From positions 682,001 to 746,000 of the forward strand of contig JANHCV010000001.1 of NCBI GenBank assembly GCA_025594325.1: a stretch of DNA of 64,000 nucleotides, given 5' to 3'. The stretch is from Blastocladiella emersonii ATCC 22665. Its lineage: Eukaryota; Fungi; Blastocladiomycota. Numbering within the stretch: the stretch's first letter is position 1; each line of letters opens with the position of its first letter. The notes beneath the pieces are model-generated. The model saw only the letters and a list, made by a program, of their open reading frames with translations, was not told the DNA's origin and did not search any database. A program made the translations under genes and the position numbers. Shown piece after piece: positions 43,390 to 54,526 of the stretch.

Positions 43390-44604
43390 TTAGGCGAGGA
43401 GGGCGAGAGCCGCGGCGGCACCGGCCAGGGTGACCAGACCCGAGGCGGGGACCGAGCCGGCGGCGCCGGCGCTCGTCGAGGCGGCGGCGTTGACGGTGGT
43501 CTGGGGCTTGTCGGTGCCGAGGATGAGCGAGCCCGACGACTTGACGAAGTCGGCGCCGCAGTAGGCGTTGATGTCGGCGACGTACTTGTCGACCATGGCG
43601 CCGAGCTTGTCGGCCTCGGCCTTGTCGAAGGTGGTGGCGACGGGGACGAGCTTCTGCTTGACGTAGATGGCCGTCTGCGAGACCGAGGTGGCGGTGCAGG
43701 CCGTGCACAGCTCCTCCTTGGGCACCGACTTCATGGCGGTCGTGTTGAAGGCCGGGAGGACCGCGGCCATGATGGCGTTGGTCGACTGCATCGACGGCAG
43801 CGACACGGCGCCCATGGGCGTGTTGGTGGTCGCGCCGGGCGCGCCCGTGGTCGCGGGGGCCGTCGGGATCGCCGAGATGAACTTGTACTTCTTGGCCAGC
43901 TCAATCGACGAGATGGAGCACAGCTTGTTGCCGTTCTTGGTGTCGCGCAGGCATACGAGGTCCTTGGCGAACCACGCGAGCTCGGTCGCCACGTTCTTGA
44001 TGATGCCGTCGGTACCGGCGGGGAGCGTGGCGTTGGAGCCCTTGGCCACCTCGCTGGCGACGACGCCGGCGCAGTTGCCTGTGGGGGTGCGTGCGGTGAG
44101 CATCAAGTCCATCACGCGAGTTATCACGGCCGTGGGGCCGTACCGATGAGCGACGAGGTGGTGTTGCGGTACGTGGCGGTGCAGGTGTCGCCGCACAGGT
44201 TGTTGACGAGGGTCGTCATGCCCGAGTACAGCTAGAGCGGGGTCGAGTCGAAGGCGGTGAGCGGTTCGCTTGTGTACACGACCTGCCGACGCACGCGACG
44301 GCGCTGCCGAGCTAAACGGGCGCATGCATACCTGGTCGGGGGTTGTGACGCTGCCGAGCGCCGACGAGTCGAGCAGGAGCTGCGACACGCACTTGTCCGA
44401 GGCGGCGGCGACAAAGGCGCCGGTGCACTGGATGGCGGCGGGCGACATGGCGATGTCGCCGCCGGCCGAGCTGGTCGCGGTCGGCTTGGCGGGGCTGCCG
44501 GCGGTCACGGCGGTCGGGGTTGCCGACACGGCCTGCGGCATCGGGTTGGCGGCGGCGAGCTGCGCCAGGGCGAGCAGCACGAGGGCGAGGATGGGGGACT
44601 TCAT
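43390..44604 (-). CDS. Secreted, probably GPI-anchored Cys- and Ser/Thr/Ala-rich cell-surface protein, 3 exons
   Basis: Signal peptide MKSPILALVLLALAQLAAA, about 10 Cys, C-terminal small-residue stretch plus hydrophobic tail (ASGLVTLAGAAAALALLA*). Introns begin GTATGC (~44330) and GTACGG (~44143). Confidence 0.75.
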   Translation of the reverse strand: MKSPILALVLLALAQLAAANPMPQAVSATPTAVTAGSPAKPTATSSAGGDIAMSPAAIQCTGAFVAAASDKCVSQLLLDSSALGSVTTPDQVCMRPFSSAAPSRASAGRVHKRTAHRLRLDPALAVLGHDDPRQQPVRRHLHRHVPQHHLVAHRYGPTAVITRVMDLMLTARTPTGNCAGVVASEVAKGSNATLPAGTDGIIKNVATELAWFAKDLVCLRDTKNGNKLCSISSIELAKKYKFISAIPTAPATTGAPGATTNTPMGAVSLPSMQSTNAIMAAVLPAFNTTAMKSVPKEELCTACTATSVSQTAIYVKQKLVPVATTFDKAEADKLGAMVDKYVADINAYCGADFVKSSGSLILGTDKPQTTVNAAASTSAGAAGSVPASGLVTLAGAAAALALLA

Positions 44605-45256
44605 GGTGGGACGGTGCGGTGCGTTGCAGCAAGCGCGGGTGATGTGCAAGATGGGAGCGCTGCGACGATGCGTTGGATGAAGAGCAGGGAGAGAAGAAGA
44701 GAAGTGCGGCGTGCGGCGTTCGGGGACCGAGGCGCCAAGGGGGGCGGGAACAAGAATGGCCCAGCCAGCCAATCAGCGAGGCTGAGCCGTGCGCCACCCG
44801 GCGCCGCAGCAAGCAGCCGCACACGTGCTCGCCGACGCGACCGGCAGGCCGACGCGACGCGCCCGGGCACGCTGGGATGGACACTTGAACGACTCTCTCC
44901 GTTGAAGCGCTCAATCGTTGAGGGTGAAGGTCGTCGGGCGGAGCCGAGCACTGGGTGGGTTGACTTCGGAGTCTCTGTCCCCGCCAGCCAGCCGTGCAAG
45001 TGGATCCGCCCTTCGACTCGCCGAGGCACCGCGACCAGCTTGTGGTGGGTGGAGAAGGTTGCAACAACCGAATTGATCGGGCGAGGGACACCGAGGGAGA
45101 CACGGCTGTCTCGCGCTGGGAGTCCCGCTCACCGCGTTCCCACGTGCGCGCGAGTAAATTTTTCGCGATCGGTCCAGCTTCGTCGCTTCTCTCCCCGACC
45201 GTGCTATGCATCACACCACCACCACCCTCCATGGAACACTTTAACTACTTGCAATT

Positions 45257-46220
45257 ATGAGCAGCCGCAAAATCAAGCTAAGGGTCCCGGACGTCGTCGA
45301 CAAGATTTTGTGCATGGCAGTCCGGCTCCATGGACCCGACGACCTGGCCGGCATGCAACAACAACTGGTTTACCGAGGCCCAAATCTGCGTGCTCGCCGA
45401 AAATTTGCCTCAGTCGCTGATCCGCCTATCTCTTCGGTCATTTGAACTGACCACGCCCGCCATGGAGGCCCTTGCGCCTCGACTCCCATCTACTCTCGAG
45501 GATCTCCTACTTGGCAATACCGCATTTAACGACAACCACGCGGCCATCCTTGCGCCGCATCTCCCGCCCCATCTCTTTTCCCTTGACCTGGAAACGGCTG
45601 CTCTCAGCGAGACTGGAATGGCCAAACTCGCTGCCGCGCTGCCCAAATCGATTCGCATGTTGTTTGTCCAAGAAAACGACGACCCGGAAGAGGACGGCAG
45701 TGCCTTCGCTGCGCTATTTGAGGCCCTTCCGCCGAACTTGGCGCAGCTCGACCTGAGCGATAACTTCTTCTCCCTCGCGGGAGCTGACCCGGAGGACGTC
45801 AAAGTCCCCTGCGGCCTCTTGCGTCTCAAGTTGAACGGTTGTGATTGACCGTACGAGGACATGACCCTGATTCTTGCACGTCTTTCCCAGCAGCTGAACT
45901 TGCTCGATCTCAGCAGCAATTTTCTCGGCGACGAGGGCGCCAAACTCCTGGTCAAACGGACGCCGCAGACGCTTCAAGAGCTTTACCTCAACTCGGTTGG
46001 TCTCACCGACGAAGGCGCGCGCACAATCATGAATGCCCTGCCCCAGAGTCTTCGAGTGCTTCAGTTGGACGAGAACGACGTGCCGTGGGGGACAATCGAG
46101 GAACTCACCGCGCTGCTTGAGAGCCGCGTCCGTGGGGACGCGAGTCAGATCGAGCACTTGCTCCGGATGCTCAACAACAACCCTCACGGAATTTCCGAGC
46201 TTCCGTTTCTTGATATTTGA
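45257..46220 (+). pseudogene. Ankyrin-LRR family copy 1, with internal deletion/frameshift and in-frame stop
   Basis: N-terminus MSSRKIKLRVPDVVDKILCMAVRLH is fused out of frame (~45360) directly to mid-LRR sequence (NNWFTEAQICVLAENLP). In-frame TGA at 45846..45848, after which LRRs resume. Confidence 0.78.
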
Positions 46221-46632
46221 CAGCAATATACGTGATCTTCTGTTTGACGCGCGTCCGAGCTGCGCCGAGAGAAAGTACCTGATCCGCAACGGGGATCAAG
46301 ACGCGTCCTCCAAAGTCACGCGCGACTCTCAGCAGACGAAGGACTCCTGCGTGAACCGTTGCTCCAACGTGGCGGAGGTCTTAAGCCCTTGATTGAAGCC
46401 CAGAAGTGGTGAAGGCGTCGAGGTGGTTCAGGTAAAATGTGATGTGCGTCCGATCGGTGCCTCGCGACGGACGCGTCTCGCGCCTGTCGGTTCGTGCGCA
46501 CGGGAGGCTTAAAATTCGCGGAGACGTGCTGATGGCTGCTCTCACGCTCCTTCTCCCTGCTTTGCAGCTCCCACAACCAGGCAGCCCTCAAGCGCCCTCA
46601 CACTTCATGCAACGTTTAATATTCTTGCAAAT

Positions 46633-48321
46633 ATGACCGAAACGAGAGTCAAACTGAATGTGCCAGATATCGTCGACACGATCCTGTGCAAGGCGATCAG
46701 GCTGCACAACCTGCACGACTTGAAGGCTATGCTGCCCTACGCTGCCGTATGTCGCCGCGTCGACTGTCCGAATGTGCTTCCGACCCTCTTTCAACACGCG
46801 TGGAAGTTGTCCACGGAAGGCGCAACGCTCGGCGACCGCCCCATTTACCTTCAAATGCGTGCCGATCTCAAGCTTCCCCTCGACGTTCCTGCGGTGGCTC
46901 TGTCGTTTGCTTCATCGAGCGGAGCTCTTGGGGTTATGATGTGGTGGAAAAATTCCGGCATCGCGCTCCCAGTTCCCATGGACATGTGTGAGCGCGGTCG
47001 CGCCTTTTTCAACCTGGACAGCGAGGTGCGTCGACGAGTGTACCGCTGATCTGCAGCGTCCAAAACTGACGCATTACCCTCGATCGTGTAGGGCTTCCCG
47101 CTTGCTGTTGATGCAGTGGGCGACGAAACCGTTCACCGCCTTGCCGAGTCGATTGATACGGATCCGCTTGAGCCCACTCTGGCGCTCGACCTGTCTCGGC
47201 TGACCATCCGCGGGACCGAAACGCTGGCGAAACTCTTACAACTCGCGCCGCAGTGGACCAGCAAGCTGTCGCTCGTTGCATGCAATCTCGATTTCGAGAC
47301 CGTGTCGCAGCTGCGCGAGGTCGACATGGTGACGGAGCTCGACTTGACTTGTAACTTTGTCGGCGTTGGCGCGCCCAAGACAATCACGGAGCGGTGGCTC
47401 CCGTGTAACCTGCGGGTGCTTAAATTGACCCACAACTTCCTCGGCAAACTGGCGCCCGAAACGATTCTCGCGCATCTCCCGCCGCTTCTCACGCACCTCG
47501 ACGTCGGCGAAAACCGGCTAGAGGGTCCTCAAGTCTGTGCGCTCGCTGCCTACCTGCCCGCGTCGGTCGTGCGCCTGTCTCTCCGAGATGCCAACACCGA
47601 CGCACCCACGATGCAGGCGCTCGCACCACGGCTCCCGCGCATGTTGCAGGAGCTCGACCTAGCCGGCGCCTATATCACGGAGGATTGCGCACTTGCGCTT
47701 GCACCCCACCTGCCGCCATATCTCGTTACTCTCGACCTTTCCAACACGTACATGGACGGGGATTCTGTGCGTGCGCTCGCATTTGCCTTTCCTAAAACGC
47801 TTCGCTCGCTCGCATTCAACAATCATACCAGGTGTGGCTTCAGTCATTCAGTTTGCGCATTCGCCAGAGCGCTTCCACCGAACCTCGTGCACCTCGAGCT
47901 GACCCGTGTGGATATCAACTCATACGATGCCAAAGTCCTCGCGTATGAGTTCCCAAAGGGCCTCAAACGCCTTTCAGTGCACGACTGTAAGCTCACTCCG
48001 CAACTCGTTAGCACGCTTGCCGCCGGCCTTCCGAACCGGCTTGAATCGCTTGATCTCAGCAAAAACAATCTCGGCGACGAGGGCACCGAGGCGCTGGCCA
48101 AGCACTTGCCGTCGAGGCTCGTTCACTTGGACTTGGCCCACACCAAGCTCTCGGACGCGAACGCGCGCACCATTCTCGGCGCTTCGCCACAGACTATTCG
48201 CAGTTTCAAGCTTGACGGCAACGACCAAGTCTCGGCCGCGTTGCACGAGGAGATTCGAGCGATGCTCTTTGAGCGCCGCCTCGCGGACGCAACCAACATG
48301 ATGCACCAGCAGCAAGGTTAA
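46633..48321 (+). CDS. Ankyrin-LRR family copy 2, 540 aa; exons 46633..47025 and 47092..48321
   Basis: Intron 47026..47091 (GTGCGT...CTGAC...GTGTAG) is in frame. About 12 RNI-like LRRs (LPxxLxxLDLxxNxL). Confidence 0.8.
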
Positions 48322-48629
48322 CGGTTCTTCCCGTTGTTGACTCGTTGAATATAAATACTCCAGAGTTTGCTTTGGACTGCGCTCGATCTGCGCTGGGAGA
48401 CAATCGCGTCTCGCACCTCCACGTGCCGCGCCACACCCGGCTCACGTGCGAGGTCATCGGTCGCCATCGGTCGCCGGCGCGCGTTGCGTTCGACTCGCCT
48501 CGGCCTTCCCTTCTCCCCTTCCCCTCCCCTCTCTCCCCTCTCTCCCCCCGCCCGCCACCGCACAACCTAGACCCCGCATTCCATGTAACACTGCCCGCAA
48601 CGCGCGCACACCGTACCACACACACCGCC

Positions 48630-50356
48630 ATGGAACCCGCCGTAAAACTCAACGTGCCCGACCTCATCGACACGATCCTGTGCAAGGCCGTGGTGCTGCA
48701 CGACCCGGACGACCTCGACGGCATGCTGGCGTGCGCCGCCGTGTTCCGCCGCGCCGACTGCCCCAACGTGCTGCGCACCATCTTCAACCACGCGTGGATC
48801 CTGTCCATGGACGGCGCCAGCGAGTGCGGCCGCGTCGACTACCTCAAGATGCGCGTCGCACTCCGCTTCCCGCTCCGGTACACGGGCGCCGCCATGGCGA
48901 AAGCCGCCGAGGCCGGCTGGATCGAGGTCCTGCACTGGTGGCGCGCGTCCGGGCTCTCCCTGCCCACGCCCGTCAAGATGGAGAAGCGCGGCCGCGTGTT
49001 CTTTGACCTGGACCAGCATGTACGGGTCTACCCCTCCCCCAACAGCGTGCACTCACGATCCCTTCCTCCCTGCAGGGTAACGCCACGACGCCGGCGGCGG
49101 GCGACGCAGTCGTTGACGGGCTGCGCGAGCGCATCCAGGAGGCGCCACTGCGCGGCGAGATCTTCATCGGCGCGCGGCGCATGACGGCGCGTGGGACACA
49201 GGTCTTTGCCGAGCTGCTGCAGCGGCCGCCGCAGTGGACGACCAAGCTGACGCTCGAGACGTGCGACCTCGACTTTGCGAGCGCGTCGGCGTTCCGCAAC
49301 GCCGATATGATCACGGAGCTCAATCTGACGGGCAACTTTGCCGGGTACGGCGCGCCCGACGAGATCGCGGAGCCGTGGCTGCCGCGCAACCTGCACACGC
49401 TGTCGCTGCACGACAACTTCCTCGGCAAGACGGCGCCCGCGGCGATCCTCGCGCACCTCCCGCCGCACCTCACGTCGCTCAACCTCAGCGAAAATGACCT
49501 CACCGAGGACCAGGTCCTCGTCCTCGCCGACAACCTGCCCGCGTCGCTCCTCCACCTCTACCTGTCCGACACGGTGCTCACGCCCGACGGCATGGCCGCG
49601 CTCGCGCCGCGGCTCCCGCCGCGCCTCGAGACGCTCCACCTCAACCAGACCGACTTTGATGACGACTGCGCCGCGCTCCTCGCGCCCCACCTGCCCCGCC
49701 GCCTCCGCGTGCTCGCTCTCTCGAACTCGCTCCTGACCGACGTCGGCATGAGCGCACTCGCCGCCGCGTTCCCCACGACTCTGCGCGAGCTCGGTTTGTC
49801 GGACAACGAGGAGCACGGCGACAAGGCCGTGGCGGCGCTCGCGGCCGCGATGCCGCCGAACCTGACGCGGCTCGACGTCAGCGGTACGCCGCTTGGCGAC
49901 GCTGGCGCGGCGGCGCTCGCGGCGGCGCCTCTGCCGTGCGGGCTGCGGCACCTCAAGCTGCAGTCGTGCGACCTGACGTCGGCCGGGGTCACGGCGCTGG
50001 CGCCGGCGCTCCCGCGGTCGCTGCAGACGCTGCACCTCGGGTCGAACGCGATCGGCGCGGACTGGGTGGGCGCGCTCGTCGCGAACACGCCGCCGGGGCT
50101 CAGCGAGCTGCACCTGCCCGAGACGGGCATGAACGACGACGACGCGGTGCGCGAGCTCCTCGGCGCGCTACCGAACTCGATCATGCTGTTCGACCTCAAC
50201 GACAACGACGTGTCCGACGACATGATCGCCGAGGTCCAGACCGAGCTCATGCGCCGCCGGATCCAGGTCGCCGCCCAGGCGTTCCTCAACGTCGGGCCCG
50301 AGGCGCTCAACGTCAACCTTGGCCAGCTGCCGTTCCCGTTCCCGTTCCCGCTCTGA
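48630..50356 (+). CDS. Ankyrin-LRR family copy 3, 556 aa; exons 48630..49019 and 49076..50356
   Basis: MEPAVKLNVPDLIDTILCKA and AMAKAAEAGWIEVLHWWRASGL. Intron 49020..49075 (GTACGG...CTCAC...TGCAG) is in frame and at the same position as in copy 2. Confidence 0.82.
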
Positions 50357-51531
50357 GCCGTCGAGTGGCGGTACCTGATGAAGCCGTTTGTGATACATAT
50401 ATCTGCCCCCGCTGACCGAACATTATACGCCGTGAGATGTGAGGTGTTGCGAGTGGCGCAACGCGCGCGCGTGCTCCAGCGAGCTGGCCTCTGCGCCGCG
50501 CGTCCCGGGAACGATCTCCGCTCCCCACCCACTCTTCTGTTCGACATCGAAATCGCAAACAACTCCATGCAACGCACTATCTACACCCTCTTGCACCTAT
50601 TTCGCTGGCCCTCCCGCCCGGTCTATGAAGCGAGTTCTCCGCGTTGGGGCTTTGGTAACCAAGTCTGCTGCCGCAAGTTTTGACCGTGTTCACTCGACTC
50701 CGTGGGGATCTCTCGTTGATCAACACTCAATCGTGGCTCTCTCACAACCGAGGAATCCCTCTTCTCATGTCCGAGGGCGTGCTCACCACTTCTCAGCGGC
50801 CCTACGAATCAAGGAATGCGTAGCGACAAGTTGTGGCCTCTATATGAACTCGTGAACATGTGGCGGAGTTGTTCTTTCTCGGGGCACCCTACCTTCGCGA
50901 TACGCCAAGGTTTAGCGAGAAGGTTGGTTGGAATGGCGAGTCGCCCAACGTGACCGATGCCCTCTCGAGCACGGCAATGAACTCGCTCTCTGCTTCCTCG
51001 ACCACGGATTCGCTCCCGAGTGACTATATCAGCAAGGCGCTTACTGGTCCAGGAAAGTCAATTTTGTGCGACCACCGCCATCGTCTGGGCCGACGACTCG
51101 AAATGTTTGACCGGGAACAAAGTACGCCCCTTTGAGCAGACCCTGGCACCAGACGAGACAACCCGAATGGCATATGGGCGCGTGTACGAGGTCGCGGACC
51201 GCTCTGACCTTCCGGTTCATTCAATGGTTGACGTGCGTGATCAAGCTCGCTGGAAGTGCGCCGCGGCTCTCCGCAGTGAGCATCTTTCGAATAGATGCAT
51301 TGTTGCTCTGATCTGCCTCTTCTTAATCGCATCAAGACGGATGACGCAGATTCGGCCACAGACATGACCGCCTTCTCGCGCGAGGGACATCCTCACGTGT
51401 GTGGCGCATCGCGTCTCGCAGCGTGTCACACACCAGCGCGGCATCATCCACAGGCGCATTGTGTGAAGCGGAACCCCAAAAAGAAGTTCGTTCAGAACGC
51501 ATACTATTCAACCACGCAACAGTACGACCAT

Positions 51532-51715
51532 GAGGCCCTGACCGTGAACATTGGGCAGCTTCCTCCTGTTCCCGCTCTCAGCCGCCGAACGGCGGTGCCT
51601 GATGAAGCCGTTTGCGATACATGTATCAGAGTTCGCTAAATGACTTGTACGCAGCGAGGTGAGGTTTTGGGAGTGGCGAACGCGCGCGCGTGTGTTCCAG
51701 CGAGCGACCTCCGCG
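51532..51715 (+). repeat. Diverged duplicate of the 3' end and downstream flank of LRR copy 3 (50300..50490); relic of a fourth copy
   Basis: EALTVNIGQLPP versus EALNVNLGQLPF. Exact 17-mer CCTGATGAAGCCGTTTG at 50374 and 51598. Shared GAGTGGCG..CGCGCGCGCGTG..CCAGCGAGC. Confidence 0.8.
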
Positions 51716-51781
51716 GCCGACTTCCTCAAGCTTCAGCTGACCAAAATCACAAAACCCATCAGACACAAAACAGCTGTTCTA

Positions 51782-54207
51782 TTAATCACTCTGCTCGCCA
51801 CCCTCGACCGCCTCGCGCATCGCCCTCGCGAGCCCTGGCACCTTGAGCACCACATTCTTATCAAACCAGTCGCGGTTGTTGGTCCCCTCGGCCACGGCGC
51901 GCAGACACGCCGGGTCGCGGGCCGTGGCCGGACACACGCGGAACACCTGCAGGATCACATTCGCGTTTGCCTTTCCGCTCCGGCCCGCCTCCCACACGAT
52001 CGCCTCGGCACACGCATCCGGCGGCACGAACGCGTCGAGCGCGCCCGCGGGAAAGTGCCGCGCGATCAGCGGGAGGAGCCAGGTGCCGATCTCACCCTCG
52101 CTCGACCCCCACAGTCCGCCCACGGTCGCGGGACTGTGGCCAATGAGCAGCTGGAGAAACCGGTGCGCCGCAGCAACCTCGCGCCCGCGGTGCTTGGCCA
52201 GGAGCCCCGTCGCGTCGTGGCCCGGGTCCGCGGCGCGCGCGATGCTGACGAGGTCCTGCGCGACGCGCGGCGCGAGCGCGGGCGTCACAACCGAGGTCGG
52301 GCACAGCGCGAGAAAGTGCTCAAACGCGGGCAAAAACTCGGGCGAAACGGGGAACCGCGGGCCCGCGACGGCCGTCCCCCATTGCACCAGCTCGTGCCGG
52401 GCGCCCGCCATGGCCGAGATGAACGACGCGTACACCTCGGTCCAGTCGCGCTCCCCCTCTTGCTCGCGTTTCCCCGCGAGGTGGTGCATCGCGGCGCGCG
52501 CCGAGCTGGGTGTCGCGAGGAGCGGGACCAGGATCCCGACCAGTGCGTGTGCGCAGTTGGGCTCCCGGAGCGCCGGGAACGGGTACGCGAGGAGTGTGCG
52601 GGCGAGCGCCAGGCGCTCGTCTCGGCTGCCAAGACCCAGTGTGCCGAGGTCGGGGCCGAGCGCGCCGTCGGCAAAGGTGACGATCTCGGGGCCGAGAAAG
52701 GCGTCCGAGCGCGCCACGAGCACGGGCGCCAGGAGCTGCGAGAGGGGTGTCGAGGTGCACGCGCGCGCGAGGGTGCAGATCTGCGATACGGCGGATTTGG
52801 ATGTGCGGTAGGTGCCCTTGACGTGCGCGAACACTACATTCGGCAGTTAGTGTTAGCGCTATTCCCAGCACAGTGAGTGAGAGTAGATAGCGTACGCTCG
52901 GTGACCAGCGCGTCGCGCTGCTCCTTGACCACGACATTGACCATGCGGCGCAGCTGCTCCATGGGCCGGTGCGCGTGGATCGCCGCCGCGACGAGCACCG
53001 CCCACGGCCGCACGTCCGTCGTGCCCGGCCACGCGCGGAGCAGCTGCGCGAGCTCGCGGTCGTACCCCTGCTCGACCCACGGCGCGAGCCGCTCCATGAC
53101 GTGCCGCGTGGTCGCCCACATTTCCGGGTCGAGCGGGCGCGCCTTGTCGTACTTGGTAAACACGGCGCGGAGCACGTCGGGCCCGAAATTGAGCGGGCTC
53201 AGGTAGCACGACACGTACGCGTCCGGGCCGGTCGCCGCGGGCATCGAGAAGCCGTGCTTGAAGAGCCACTCGAGCACGGGCAGGACGCGGTCGGCCGGGT
53301 ACTCGTTGACGAGGCCGAGGAACGCGTTGGCGACGCGGTGGTGCGAGAGGAACGCGACGACACCCGTGAAATCCGGGTGCAGCGCGGCGACGGCCTTGAG
53401 CGCGGGCAGGTTCCAGTGGCACGCGGCCGAGAAGGCGACGAGCGTGAAGAAATCGATCAGGATCGGCTCGACCTCTTCATCCTCTTCCTCCGAGTCCTCC
53501 GAGTCCTCGTCGCCCTCGCCGCCCAGCTCGCCCGCCAGCGCCGCCACGCGCTCGTACACGGCGGGCGCGCAGTCGGGCAGCATCGCGAGCATGCGGTGCG
53601 CGGGGAGCGCGCGGTGGAACGCGATCACGGGCACGCGTTTCGCCATGAGCGTAAGCGCGGCCGTGAGCTCGTCGTCGCTCTCGGCGGCTTCAAAGTACAG
53701 CGCGAGCACGAGGCCGTCCGACACGAGGCCCTGCAGCGAGACGCGGCGGAAAAAGCACTCCAGCTGCGCGGCCCGCGCGAGCTTGGCGACGTGCTCGAGC
53801 TGCCGCTCCCGCGACACAGCGACGTCGTCGAACGAGCAGCTTGGGTCGCAGCGCAGCGACAAAGAGAACAGCGCGCGGAACAGGTCGAGGTCGAGGGTGG
53901 GTCCCGCGGGCAGATTGAGGCGGTGCCGCATCGCGAGCCGGAGCCGCACGTAGCGCGCAAAGTCGGTCTGCCACGGCAGCATGGACCCGTCGGTGCCGAA
54001 CGCCGGGGCGTCTTCATCCAGATCGTCGAGGAGATCCGGCAGCGTGTGGCCGAACCATTGCACGAGCGCCGAGGTCGGCTGGCGCACGGTGTCGGCGAGC
54101 AGCCGCGTCGAGGCGAGGACCGCGACCCGTGGAGTGGCGAGGGCGGCGACCGCGATGGCGAGCTCGAACGGCAGGTCGGTGGAAGGGTGCGTCGCATCGA
54201 GTGACAT
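51782..54207 (-). CDS. Diverged METNE-like family gene, 787 aa; exons 54207..52896 and 52833..51782
   Basis: MSLDATHPSTDLPFELA start. Phase-1 intron 52834..52895 (GTACGC...CTAAC...ATGTAG) joins ORFs 52834..54381 and 51782..52834 in frame. Confidence 0.8.
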
Positions 54208-54526
54208 GGTGTGTGGGTCTAGTGTGCAAGGGATTGTTGAGAGGAAAGAAAGCGGGGGAGCAGGTCCTTCTTGAAGAGTGCCTCGCAGGATGCGCCTCAG
54301 TTGATTGCGGTGCGAGACGCCGCCCAACAAGGCACGCGGCGCGCCACCACCGCTCCCAAGCTCCAAAAATCGACCCTCCAAGGCTTCGAGTCAAATCAGC
54401 GCGAATGAAGTCCTCGACTGGGATCCTCTTGCGCCGGGCCGGCCGAGGTCACGCTCGTCTCCCTTGTGCCGCAACAGCATCAGCTGACCGAGATCACAGA
54501 ACCGATCACACACACGAGCGCGCCTT

